A stretch of DNA of 64,000 bases from Vicugna vicugna (lineage: Eukaryota). A program made the translations under genes and the position numbers. The notes beneath the pieces were generated by a model, which ran no database searches, was not told where the DNA came from, and worked only from the letters and a program-made list of their open reading frames with translations. How positions within the stretch are numbered: the stretch's first letter is position 1; every line of letters begins with the position of its first letter. Shown here piece by piece: positions 23,047 to 35,775 of this stretch. Location of the stretch: the NCBI GenBank assembly GCA_013265495.1, contig MU061579.1:2167319-2231318 (forward strand). The letters run 5' to 3'.

Positions 23047-23589
23047 AGGAAACTTCAGATTCCTTCTCTCTGTCTGCTCCCTAGAACCATAGAGCACTGT
23101 AGATCTTATTTTCTGTTGCAGAACAGTAATTTACAGAAAAAATAATTCCACCAAGGACCACCCAGTAAACACAGTCTAGCAGCCAGGATTTCATTCTCAA
23201 ACCAGGGACCACTCTTTCTTACAAATCAATTCACCATTCATACATTAGAAATCTAAGAGTATTTTACTGACTGTAGGAACAAAGCATCACTTCCTTCTTT
23301 CCTTTCTTTTGGGTATTTGTTTTCAAGTAATACACTAATAGACAGAGACTGAACAAAATCAAGTAACAATGAAACACTAATGCTAAAAGGCCACCCTGAA
23401 TTCACAATAATGTATCATCAATTAATAACTTTTATATACATACTACGTATGTACGTAGTAATTGCTATGGATTAGAGAGTATATATAATTGCTATCATAG
23501 ATATCACCAATTAAGTACTAAATATTTTAATCTTTATTATTATTATTCATTAGCAGAGATCAGGTTGCATAAAGGAAAAAGGAGGGAAT

Positions 23590-23770
23590 TTTTGGTCAAG
23601 TTGACTTAAGTTTAAGTTCTCACCCTTCTTGGGCCTCATTTCTTCATCCATAAAGTGAGGTTAACTATCCATAGTTTATATGGCTATTGTATGGATCAAA
23701 AATCACAGAGTACCTAATATAGTGTCTGACTCATCGAAATGCTTAATAAATGGCATCTAATATTATTATT
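23590..23770 (+). mobile_element. MIR SINE fragment
   Basis: tgggcctcatttcttcatccataaagtgagg...tagtgtctgactcatcgaaatgcttaataaatgg...tattattatt. Confidence 0.75.
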
Positions 23771-23839
23771 TCATATTATGCAAGTTGAGTAATAATTACT
23801 GGTCTCCTTGGACCATCCTTGGTGGGGAGGAGGTCAGAG

Positions 23840-23970
23840 AAATTTTTATTTTCTGCCACAGCAATGAAGGAAATGTAACACTTTCTCAAGGTCACCCAGC
23901 AAGTCACTCTCTGTCATTAGAACTTAAGGGTTTTCGGCTTCGCTGTCTGATTTTCAGTCCATTAGGCCAC
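23840..23970 (-). mobile_element. MIR SINE fragment
   Basis: ctttctcaaggtcacccagcaagt...ctgtctgattttcagtcca. Confidence 0.55.
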
Positions 23971-24336
23971 AAAGTCATCAAAACAAACCAGAAAAGAACA
24001 CCATCAAAAAGCAAAAGTAATAAAATCAAAGGATCCTGGAGCAGTATTGTACTAAAAGCCATCTGCTATCTTAGTCCACATTCTCAAGCCTCTTGAAATG
24101 TTATTTGTAAAGCCTTTAAAAGGCTTGACTGGAAGCCTTCATGTCTTTTTAAAGATACAGTATATCTATTGCTGACTCATGCAGTCTGAATTAAGAATTG
24201 TAATATAGATTTTTGAATATACATCAGAGAAATGCCAATACTTTTTACATTGCCAAAGCCCTTAGGCTTTTGCCGTTGAGAAAGTAGCTTTATGATTAGC
24301 TAAGGAGGCGGTTGTTGTTACAGCAGTAATGGTGAG

Positions 24337-24338
<2 letters not shown>

Positions 24339-24373
<35 letters not shown>

Positions 24374-24378
24374 TGTGT
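24339..24378. repeat. (TG)n microsatellite
   Basis: Read directly; about 16 uninterrupted units. Confidence 0.97.
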
Positions 24379-26766
24379 ATATATAAAGTGTGTTTGGAGG
24401 AGCAGAGCTAGTTGAACAAAAGTGTCTGCAGCATTTAAATGATAATAAATAATGGCACGCATATTGTTTCAGTTCTTTTTTTAAACCCAGTGTTCTTACC
24501 AGCCTGCGAGAATTTCTGTGCCATAATCAGGTGAAAAGAAAAAAAGAAAAGACACATAATGCTGTCTTAGCATTTCTGCTTGACTTTGGTACCTCTTTTC
24601 TCTGCCTTGCTCTGTCAGGTGCCCTTCTTCTTCCCACTTCTTTCCTCATTTGGGCTTGGCAGGCACACTTTCGCTCGCTGCCAGTGTGGTGACCTTAAAC
24701 TCGCTTACTTAAGTGGCTGATCTCATCTCTTCCTTCATGTGGTTTGTGGGATGTTTTTCCCCTCTTTGGTTTATTACTTCCTTCTACCACCTTGTAGTTT
24801 TGCCATTCTCATCGTACTTCCGTTATTGTATGATCTTTAACAAATACAACAATAAATATTTAAAACATAAAGCCATTTTAATGCCAGTTGTGGAGGCAGA
24901 TATTTCTTTATGTGAACAATAATGAAGAGGAAAAATGGATTTCTCCAAGCATTATAAAGCCCCAACGAAATAGAGGGCAAATTCTCAAGTTACAGGATTC
25001 TACTTGTCCTATTTCTGAGGAGAAGAGCAAAAGAAAAAAATTTTTTTGCAGATATTTTAAGAGATGGCAAAACAGGGAATCAAACCAAAGTCATCACAAA
25101 AGGCTCCCAGTGTGGACCCAGCCATCTGCATATAGTTCACAGAACTCTTCTGTTTATTTATGAGTCGTGGAATGTGTAAAGCCAACTTCTAGCTGTAAAA
25201 GGACATACAGTTGCTCTCATATAATTTCTTTGGCCTTTTTTTTTTCCTGCAAAATCAAGAATTTGCTTTTTCATATGCAGGGAAATACTGCCATGCATAA
25301 GGACTCAGTTTTGGGAAATTCAAATTCCTTTGCTAAAGCATTTAAAATGACAACTAAAAAATATACTGAAAACATAAGGGCATAGGATTTAAATAAATGC
25401 AACTGATCTTGACATGTGTACATTCAAGTAATATACCTGCTAAGAATACTTTAGAATGGCTCTAATGGACTCCAAAAAAGAAAGAATTAAATTGAAGACA
25501 GAAACATTAAGTTTCCGGTATACCTTGGCTCTTTTCAAGATAAAAATCTTCAATTAAAACAGGCACAAAAAAAGACAATGAAAAAAGCCATATATTTTAC
25601 CTTATAACTTCATGATTTTCTTCATAGTAAGATTTTTCCAGAGGTTTTTATAGGGAAAACATGATTCCTCAAATTTCATCATGATATAATGAGTTCAAGG
25701 AGCTAAATTGTTTATACATTAAAAAAATTAAATGTCTCTGCCATTCTGGTTCTGCAGCTCTGGGCTTTATCTTTCTAGTTAAAAAGAACATTATGTTTTG
25801 CAGGCCAGCAACTTCCTTGATATGATGTTTTAGTTTAATCTATCCAAAACATTACCCTCCAGACATTCTAAGAAAGTTGCTTTTCTGACATGATGTGATT
25901 TTATGATCTTGTTGAAACATTTTCAGCCTTAAGCAGGGAACACAAACAGATGAAAATAGGTGATAGCTTGAGTGTTTGACCTCTACATGTGGGCTTGAAG
26001 TTACCCACCCCCGACCTCGAATATGTGAAAATGTGGAAGGACACATATACCCAGAAATATAAAAATATAGACAAACGCCACACTAGGCCAGGTCAGAATT
26101 ATCTAACTCCAAATTGTCTTTGTCTCCTTATCATTTCCGGGGGGTCTTGGCTAACGTCTGGGGATAGAGAGTGTGCGTACGAAGGAGAGGTTACTACCTG
26201 CAAAAAAGGAAAGAAAAAAAAAAAGATGAAGCAAGTTTAATATTCTCTAGAGTTCTCTACTGCCAAACAGAAAGTCTTCCTATCTATGTATTTAAGATCC
26301 TTACCGACAAGGAAGATGTCGGCAGGAAATACATTTTCCTTAAGAATGCAAAGTCAGAGATCAGGGTTTCATAAGCTTGGAGTGACAGAGGCCATTGGTC
26401 ACATGATTGTCTCCGAGGATAAGGAGAGAGCTCAATGTGGAAAACAAACTTGACAATAATAAAAACTGAGCTTTGGTTTTTTGCCTCTGCTTTTAATAAT
26501 AATGTCAGCTACCTATATAATATGTTAGGAAGAGCTATAAACCCATTGGAAGAGTTCCTTTATCACTTGTGATACTGTATATGGCGCTCTATGTACTAGG
26601 ATAGGAACCCAGAAATAACCTGCCCTTGAGGAGTGCAGAAATTTATTGAACACATAAAAACACCTAATTAAAGCATATAAAAATACATACCAATAGATGC
26701 CCAGTTGTCATTTCCTCTGGGGATCATATCCCTTTTTATTCACTCTGATATCATTTTCCTCTCTTT

Positions 26767-26875
26767 AAAACAAAAAATGTAATTAATTAATTATTTTAAT
26801 GGAGGTACTGGGGATTCACCCAGGACCTCACGCACGCTAAGCACGCACCCTACCACTGGGCTATTTCCCTCCCGC
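26767..26875 (-). mobile_element. tRNA-derived SINE, Vic-1-like, with 15-bp TSD, inserted in L2
   Basis: aatggaggtactggggatt...ccaggacctcacgcacgctaagcacgcaccctaccactgggctat; TSD cattttcctctcttt (26752-26766) and catgttcctctcttt (26876-26890), 14/15 identical. Confidence 0.88.
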
Positions 26876-26890
26876 CATGTTCCTCTCTTT

Positions 26891-27545
26891 TGAAACACTT
26901 TTCACATTTGCAATTGAGAGTTTCTTTGTGGGATTTGATTAATATCTGTATTCTATACCAGATTTTAAGATCTTGTAATGGAGGAAACCATGAATATTTA
27001 AATTCAACTTTGTGTCAGGAGCACACCTAGGCATCTCAATGAATACCTTCTTGAGTAGGTGGATGTATGGATAAATGAATGAACAAATGAAAGTTATATA
27101 CAATGTGATGTGGTACACTTGGTATTATGTATTATGAGGTTGGAGGTGAAGGTGGGTTTTAAAGATCTGAAATACCATAGATACTAGATCATGTTCTGTA
27201 GGAGGCAATTAAAGCATTTGAGCAGGTCTGTGACATGATAAGTCTGATGATTCGGCAGACCACTGTGAAGGTTCTATGGAGGAAAAATCAAGAGAGAGAT
27301 GGCAGCAAGGAACACACTGGATAGTGTAGCTGTGGTCATCACCACAGTACTCTGTATTATTGTTTGCATAGTATGCACTACTCCCTGAAATTTGCTTATT
27401 TATACGTTTATTATGTATCAAACCCTACTTATCCTTCCACGGGAGAAGAGACAGAGTCTGTCTCATTCAATGCTGTAGCCGCAGCAATTTCAACTACTTG
27501 CATAAGGTACAGCCTTAATATTTATTGAATAAATAAATGAATAGT
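26891..27545. mobile_element. L2 fragments (plus 3' end to about 27090, minus about 27140-27335, plus 3' end about 27340-27545)
   Basis: L2 tails ...ggataaatgaatgaacaaatgaa and ...tatttattgaataaataaatgaat; antisense tttgagcaggtctgtgacatgat. Confidence 0.65.
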
Positions 27546-29736
27546 TTTTTTTTTAAGAACTTGAGCATAGTTAGGGAAGCAGTTTATAAATGTCAGCTGG
27601 GCTGTCTATTGTATCTTATTTCTACCTGTCCTTTTCCTGGACATGCACCTTTTAATCTACCTTCCATCTTGGAGGCATCGGAGACTTTAAATAAAACAGA
27701 AATAATTCTTCCAGTTGAGAATGTAGCAAGTATTTTCAAAGACTGTCACATTTTCTGATTTGTCTTCACCTTTTTCAGCCTGTGGTCTGTGAGACATGAG
27801 GCGAACAAACAAATAAACAAAAACCTACTCAAGCTAAATTTAACACATAATCTAAATAACAAGCTCTCTCCTGCAGCCCTTTAGGTTTTATCCTTCAGGG
27901 ATTTGTGGTACATTTGGGCTGGGATTGCAATTTACCTTTCATCAAAGTTAGAATAGCCTGTTCTTATCAGCACAAGAATCTGTTCAAATAAGTTTACAAC
28001 TGCACTTTCTCCTAGTAACAAAAAATCTTTTTCTCTGCCCAGGCATTTAAAATTCTTCCAAAACCTCAGTAATTCACTGTGATGATTTTCTTGCAAGTCT
28101 CTGTTGTAAAAGAAGTCATAGTATCCAGAAGCAGATAAATGACCTTGACAACCGAAGTCTATTTTCTGTTAAAAGTCACTGCACTGTATGGTTCTCTTGT
28201 CTTTGAAGTCCAGAAATTTTCTTAGCTGAAAAGTTGGGAAAATCAGTTTATTTACATACGTGGTTTATTTTGAGTCTACATTGTGGATGGTTCCCAAGCA
28301 CTAGGTTCTTATATGTAGCATGTGGACATGTGTATTAGCTCTCACTAGATAAATATACATCAGTTAAACATGAACAGTGTGATCTGAAAAATTAGCAATT
28401 TCTGTATAGCAATCCTGAGTCTTGCAGTTATCAAAAAAGCAAAAACAAAAGGAAAAACAGCCCACCATTGGTAAATTACCACTATGGGGGTAAACAAAAG
28501 TATGATAAACAATTTGATTTTTTTTCTTAAATACTTAGCTATAATTATCAGAATAATAAGCTTTTCAAATAAATAGTTACATTCTAATCAATCATCTATG
28601 AACTCTGTGGGTCCCAGATATATAAGTATTGACTTTCATAGACTTTCACTTCATACTTTTTATTTGATACTTGGCCTTTTCTAGCTTTTTAAGAGCCTTC
28701 TATAGTTGTTTCTAAAATAGGTGTAGAGTCAAGGTATTTGGAAAGAAGTTATAGAAACTTAAACCTGTAAATTTCCTTCCCCAAATCAAGTATTCACAAA
28801 AATCATATTATCTGCATTTGTGTGTGTATTTATATATTATTATGTAATATATATACTATATAATATATATAGTACAAATTCCTTCTTTGTTTCAAAAATA
28901 ATTTGAGCGTATGTCAGTTTCCCTATTAATGAAATAAGCAAACTTGTTCCAGGGTAGTGGTGGGCAATGTTGAAAAAGGGCAAATTAATACTTCTAATAA
29001 TTAAGATTCAGTTTTTCTAATTGTGCTCCATATGATCAATGTTAGGTAGGACTAGCCAAGACACATCTCTTCCACATTTGAGTGGGCTGGAGGGAAGAAG
29101 CACAGCAAGTATCCTTTGAAAAATACCCCAAAACCCTGTGTGATTCTGGCTACTAAAAGTGCATCTTAGAACGTGTAGCCCCTCCCCCAACCTTCTTTTC
29201 ACCTACCATGGGCACCAAGACCACTAATCTTCAGGGGAGTTTTGTAGGTAGTCATTATCAGGGAAGTCCTTCTAAAGGGCTTAAATACTTAAGTGATTTC
29301 CCTTGGAGCAGTAATGGTGAATTATGCAGTGCTCTAATTGTGCTATTAGTTTATCTAAGCTAAAATGCAATCTACTTAATTTGAGGGTTTTATTACACAT
29401 TGGTCTCAAAAGGTGAAACACATTAAAAGCATATCGGTTCTTTTAACAGGAGATTAAGCCTATCAGATGCTGTATTGGATGGAAAGATCATCTGTCACGT
29501 TTACTTTAAATATTTGTACGAGATGTTTCTTTTGATGCAGAAATGTAACTTTGAAAATTTGTGGGATACTTTTTTAACTTTTATTAACTTGTCATCATTT
29601 GTGGAGCCCGAGTTACAGTTCTTTTAGTAAAACCTACGCCAACCTCATGATACATCTAATCAATATATGAATTTATTATGAAACTATACCACTCACTTTG
29701 TGGTATGTTTAAAACTTTAAAACACAGGAAATGATT

Positions 29737-30080
29737 ATGAATAGGCAGAGCAGACAGGACTTTTAGGGCAATGAAACTATTCTGTGTGATACTGTGATGG
29801 TAGATACACACCATTATAACTTTGTCCAAACTCATAGAATGTACAACGCCAAGGGTGAACCCTAAGGTAAACTGTGGACTCTAGGTAATAACAATGTGTT
29901 AATTGATTTTAACAAATGTACCACTCTGGTGGAGGATGGTAATAGAGGAGAAGGTGTATGTGTGTGTGTGTATGTGGAGGGCAGGAAGAGTATGGAAAAT
30001 CTCTGTGCTTTCTGCTCAGTTTTTCAGTGAGCCCAACACTACTCTAAAAAATAAAATCTATTTTTTAAGAAAGAAAGAAA
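29737..30080 (+). mobile_element. Old LINE-1 3' end, L1MC1/L1MC2-like
   Basis: gaataggcagagca...tttagggcaatgaaactattctgtgtgatact...tttgtccaaactcatagaatgtacaac...aacaaatgtaccactctggtgg...actctaaaaaataaaatct. Confidence 0.9.
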
Positions 30081-30314
30081 AGAACCCAGTTCTGCATAAA
30101 GTTAACATGGACCAGGATGATTCTTATTTGATTATTGTGAAACTGGAAATTGATTCTACACTATGAAAAGTGCTTTAGAAATGCTCTATTTTTAAATTGA
30201 GTTTTCATCTTGGAATTATCTTAAAGATGGTAGCTTAATCAGCAGATACAATGTTTATCAACTCACTAAATTTTTCCTTAATAGTGGTGGCTAAATGTGT
30301 GAATATATCTAAGG

Positions 30315-30525
30315 CAGTGTTTCTCAACCGTGGCACTGACATTGTGGACCAGATAATTCTTTTCTTTGCACCTGGCTGTCCTGTGAGTTGCAGGATATTT
30401 AGTAGCATCCTAGGTATTCATCCATTAGACGACAATAGTGCCACCTAAGTTGTGAAGAGCGAAAATACCTCCAGAATTTGCCAGATGTCCCCTGAGGGGA
30501 AATTACCTTCCATTGAGAGCTATTG
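30315..30525 (-). mobile_element. MER20 (hAT-Charlie), full length
   Basis: cagtgtttctcaaccgtggcact...gataattctt...ctgtcctgtg...tttagtagcatcc...tgccagatgtcccctg...ttgagagctattg; degenerate TSD atctaagg/ttttaagg. Confidence 0.9.
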
Positions 30526-30586
30526 TTTTAAGGTAAATGTGCACGACTATATTTTATTATTTAAAATATGTGGCACATGGGCACAC

Positions 30587-30606
30587 GTGTGTGTGTGTGT
30601 GTGTGT
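30587..30606. repeat. (GT)10 microsatellite
   Basis: Read directly. Confidence 0.95.
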
Positions 30607-31199
30607 TTAATTTCCCAGTTTTGTGTAGAAATCAGGTTTTTAAAAGGCAAGAGTGCAGAGGTAAAAACAAAAATTCTGTAATTCTGTTTATAATTTACAA
30701 GGCTACTATCAGACTTTATGCTTTTGCCTCTTTTCTTCATGTGGTGGATTGACAAATGATGGATGCAGATTTGTATGTACCCTCTTGCTCAAAGAACGTG
30801 CAGGAGTGAGAACCTGCAATCAGTAGACTGAGCATTCAGCGTTAGGGGCTGCTTCAGACTAGCTGTGCTGCAGGCCTCCTATGGGCTTCACACCAGAAGG
30901 CTTTAACATAAACATTTGGCTGAAACGTCTTTGTAGGACACATCCAGCTGTCCTGCGAAGGAACTGTTGCCCACACCCACACGCATTAATGTATGACTTG
31001 CCAAAATGTTTGTTTGCCTTCACATAGACAAAGGCACAATGCAAATGTGAACAGTATACTGTTGTATTAGCACTTCCTTAGCCAACCAAGTGAACTCGGA
31101 CTTTGTCCATATGTAAGATGATGTTGTGGCCCTTTTTCCCAAAGTATAATGGAAATTATTAGCTGAAATTTTAGGTTGAAATAACGTAGAAGTTACTAT

Positions 31200-31345
31200 T
31201 TCAAATCATAATATAATAAATTGATATATAATTTTATTATAGATTATATTCACTGTATTTATTATATCTGTCATATGTTATTATATTTCATATAATAAAT
31301 ATAATAAATTATAATACTTATATAGTAAATTATAATAATAAGTTA
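31200..31345. repeat. AT-rich low-complexity tract (TATAA/ATT units)
   Basis: Read directly. Confidence 0.85.
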
Positions 31346-34149
31346 GAAATTATTAGATGGAAATCACTATTGTTGAGAATGATGATTCTAAGTTAATCTT
31401 ATAGTGGATTTTAATAATACAAAGGAGTTTTACAAATAAACTACAGCAAGATTTTTATTTCGTTTTTGAGAATTACATCATATATTTTGCAAAGAGTTTT
31501 TCCTTTTCTATCGTATCTTCTTACTCTTTCCTCTCTCCCACTTTCCTTTATTACTTTGTTCGTATTTTCTACTACTGTTGCATCTCTAAATCGAGCAATC
31601 TATCAATGTGAACTTGAGATTAAGAGGTGACACCAATAAAGGCAGTGCATTACTTTAAAACAATTTTCAAGAGAAAAATGCACACCTCTTCCCATGTTGC
31701 TATTACTATGTATTTAATGAATTCGCTTGCCACACTCCTGCTCTGTCTTTAATGAGCAATATTATCTTCCCTCCCAATAAACGTACATACGGTCAATTGT
31801 ATAAAATTGGATTATATACATACACTATAAACACAAACTTATGCAACTGTGCAACCATATTACCTTCTCTACATCAACTGCCTTCTAAAACAGTTTTAGT
31901 GCGTGTAGCAGCAGCAATCTGAAATTTTTACTTGATCGTAAACTTTGCAGGTAGCAACTCTAAATACGTTTTAAAATTTGAAGTGTTCTATATAAACAAC
32001 TATCTCATCCAATTGGAAAACAAATAAGGTAGAGATAATGTATCATCAGTAATTCTCTGCACAATTATGTTTTAACGTGTATCTATCACCATGCTGGCAT
32101 ACTAAATGATTTTGGGGGCATTTTTAAAGATTTCTATAGCAAAGTGCATTCCTTCCTTTTTCATTTAGTTTTTCTTCTTTTCAGATGAGGACAGATGCAA
32201 TGAGGGCTGTGTGCCTAAATGAATACTTCTACTCTTGACTAAATTAGTCTGGCATAAACACAGCACTGCTAGCTTTCAGTACAATTGAAAGTAAGAGCTG
32301 TGTTTCAGAGATCTTTCTTTTCAGAGTTCTGCTAAATCATGCTTGAAGTTCAGTGTGTATTCCAACAGTAGCATTTAAGACAGCGTAGTTAAGAATCTCT
32401 TAACATTTCCATTTACAACGTCTCTCTCCTTCTAACATTTTCTTTATTGATCTTAGGGAGTTTCATAGTAACAGCTTATCAGCAGTTACAGCCAGTGACC
32501 TAAACATGCAATTAAAACTGTCCTATCTTAGCTAGCTGATAAACTGGCCCTCACTCTGGGGCTTTGGAAATACTATTTTCTTTCTTCAAGCCTTCTTCTT
32601 ATTACTAATTATAAAATGGAAAAGTACACTGCTGAGGGTGAGCCCTTTGGAGAAATCACATTAGGTTCTTTATAGATTCAAAAATGAAGCTGTTTAAACA
32701 TTGTTTTGTCTCGTCAATACTTACTCGCCTTTAACATTCCATTCCTAGTAAAAGCATTCATTTACTTGGAGTTTGTGGGTGGAGAAAAATAGCATGGGGA
32801 TCTCTGTGTTTTTCTAATTGAAAGGGCCATATGGAGATCTGCCATTCAAGACACAGTACTGTTAGGTGAAACTTGGCCTTTTAGCAGTCGTGTGCACATG
32901 TATAGGAGAGGACTACCTCTGCCCTCCTGCCTGCCTCCGCCCCCAAGACCAAAGACCATGCTTGGGGAGATCAGAGGCTCTTATAATGAAGAATCATGTT
33001 AGTTTAACTTCTTTATTTTAAAGATGAGACAATCTCCTCCAGATCATACGGATCATGGCAGGCTAGCTGCGAGATCACAACTTGGGTGTCCTGACTCTCA
33101 GTACAGGTGGCGCTGATAACTTAGGGCTTCTGTGCGTTTCACATTACTTTCAGCCTTCTTCCCTTTGACTGCCCAAGGTACCACAGACCAGATTTTCAGC
33201 AGTTGAAAGGATTCTGTTTTAGTAATCGCAGTGACATACTTAGACTGTAATATGTGCCTGTGCATGCGATTAGGCTACTTACAGATGTGTCACTTCTGCT
33301 TATTCAAAATTAACTAGCTACATCATTTTAACATTTTTTTGTTACCTTTTGGGATTTCATTTTCTTCACGTGTGAAATAGAACCTTGTTAATTGTCCCGA
33401 GGGAGCTAATTCACTACATTCAAAGCATTGATTTTTTTTTCCACTTACCACCCTCCTCCACATTGACCTCCTCCTCTTCAAGCTGCACGCTCTTAAAGTG
33501 CTGCTCTTCTCTGCTATTTCTTCTGTAACTTCTGTTCCTTGAATCCAAGGCAGAATAGGTTCTCCATCTTCTGTGAGCACAGACATGTCTGTTAGTCTGA
33601 AACCTAGGTCTATACTTTGTGGCCTCAGGTTACAATCGTTGTTTTGAAAGTTAAAATTCTGTGAGGTCCCTAGCCTTTATCTGTAATGTTACTCTACCTG
33701 TAGCATAATCTCCTTTATTCTGCAAAAGAACGTCTCCTCTGCTTCCTTTGGGTACCCTTTCTTTCCTAGGTCCTTTATCATTTTCTTACCTGTGTTTTTA
33801 AACAGCTCTGATGTGTCTTTCTCCACAGACAACAGCTATTATATCTTCTGATATAACCCTGTGTTATTGCAAGTGTAATTAAATGACACTTCTTTTGTGT
33901 GAAGACCTCAACCGAGAAGGTATTCTTGATGCGAGTACATATTATCTGCTGTTGGAGGGCACGGTGTTCCCGGATCTGTGCTGTCTTCATGGAAGAAACA
34001 GGAAGGGCTTTTAAACTATAACTTGATGGCTAAGCATTGAGTCTGCTTTGATATTGATTTTTCCCTTCACTCCACCTTCAGTTTTAAGAACTGCTCTTCT
34101 CATTCCTCTGAGCAAACCATAGACTATTTGCACTAAAAATAGCTTTGGG

Positions 34150-34250
34150 GATAATTTAGTCTCATCCCATATTATATGTGAGAAAACCGAGACTCAGAAA
34201 GCTTGAGTGATTTGTCTTGAATCCATTCAGAGTCAGGTCTAGAAATCAGT
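34150..34250 (-). mobile_element. MIR/MIR3 fragment
   Basis: atttagtctcatccc...atgtgagaaaaccgagactcagaaagcttgagtgatttgtc. Confidence 0.65.
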
Positions 34251-34919
34251 TTTTTTGGGGGGTGGGGTTACTGGAATGTCTAACTCTACTTCCTTGCTTT
34301 GTGTTCAGTTGTTTAGCTAGGTTGCTACCCTTGGCATCTGTATTTGAGGCATGACTTTGCTCTTTCTAGGCTTCAGAGGGACTGGGAGCCTATATCATGG
34401 CCCTCCACCATGGGTGGGCAGTCACCATTGCTACCAGCCTAGCCGCATGCCCACTGGATGCTTGTCCTTCATACCCAGACATTGCCCCCCAGTTGACTCT
34501 CCACCTGGTAACTCTGTGTGGGCTCCATGTGACCCTCTTGGTTTTCTCCCAGTATCACCTGCCATTGTGCTTCTTTTCCTTGACTTCCTGCATTTTCTTC
34601 AGTTGCCTGCCAAAAAGAAACATTAGGTTTGTCTGGTTTCTACTTCTGATTTATCTTTCGTTCTGGCTGATGGAGATATTGGATAAAGCCAAGTGATTCT
34701 TCCCTGGAAATCCTTATAAAGTGATCCTAAGATTGCTTTTGGAAATGCAGAGTCTTGTTTAGGTAGAGAAACATGTTCTTCATGATTTTGCAATTTTCCT
34801 TCAGTTCTTTTATGAGACCAAGAAAGTAAATGTGTGTATGTGTGTGTGTGTGTTTATGTTGAAGTACCACACAGGTGATAAAAAAAAAATTGATGTTAGT
34901 GGAGGGATTCCTTTGGAGA

Positions 34920-35330
34920 CATAATGTTACAATGGCTTAAGTTTGGGCTTAAGAATCAGATTCACCTCATTTGGAACCCGATTCCTCCAATTACTAAGTA
35001 GATGATCTTGGGAAAAATTATATGTTAAATACCAGAGTCAGAATTCAAACACAAATTTACCACACTCTAAAAATCTGTTTTTCAAACACCATGACATAAG
35101 ACATACTCTGCTTGGGAACGTTCATATAAGGTAACTGAAGAGAAGAGTGTTCATGGTTTTCTGCCTCTAGCATGAAGGGCAAATGGACTTCAGCTTACCT
35201 CAAGGTAAATCACTGGAGGCTAAATGATTGGCCAAATTATTTAACATCTCTGAGCTTCAGTTGCTTCAGTTGTAACATTGAGATAAAGACATCAGTAAGA
35301 TTAAAATAAGACCATGTATGTGAAGGATAT
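34920..35330. mobile_element. Degraded MIR fragments
   Basis: gaatcaga...tggaacccgattcctccaattactaag...atcttgggaaaa; ttggccaaattatttaacatctctgagcttcagttgcttcagttgtaa. Confidence 0.55.
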
Positions 35331-35424
35331 CTTTTAGAAATAGCACTGAATAGAATTATGATGCTACCTTCTTTCTGTCCTAAGAAACTGTGTTGGGTAC
35401 ATTTTTTTTTTAAAGTAATGATTG

Positions 35425-35775
35425 TGACAGTCTGTTTGGGCTGCTATAACAAAATATCACAGACTAGGTAGCTTATGAACAGGAGAAATTTATTTATCTC
35501 AATTCTGAAGACAGAAAGTCTGAGATCATGGTGCTAGCACAGTTGGATGAGGGCCCTCTTCTGGGTCACAGATTTCTCACTGTATCCTCACATGGCAGGA
35601 AGACCGAGGAAGCTCTGTAGGGTCTCTTTTGTAACAGCACTAGTCCCATTCATGAAGGTGCCATCCTCATGACCTAATCTCTTTCCAAAGGCCTCATCTC
35701 CTAACACCGTCACCTTGAGTGTCAGGATGCCAGTGTGTCAATTTGGGGGAGACACAAACATATCAGACCATAGCA
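35425..35775 (-). mobile_element. MaLR solo LTR, MLT1A-like, with 5-bp TSD
   Basis: tttgggctgctataacaaaat...tatcctcacatggcag...cccattcatgaagg...cctcatgacctaatc...gggggagacacaaacat...gaccatagca; TG...CA ends; GATTG at 35420-35424 and 35776-35780. Confidence 0.92.

Noticed and set aside
33100..33116. CTCF site (CAGGTGGCGCTG)
   Set aside because: Only the 3' half of the motif matches and the 5' CC(A/G) is missing; partial matches at about 8290, 12761 and 61128 are similarly weak.
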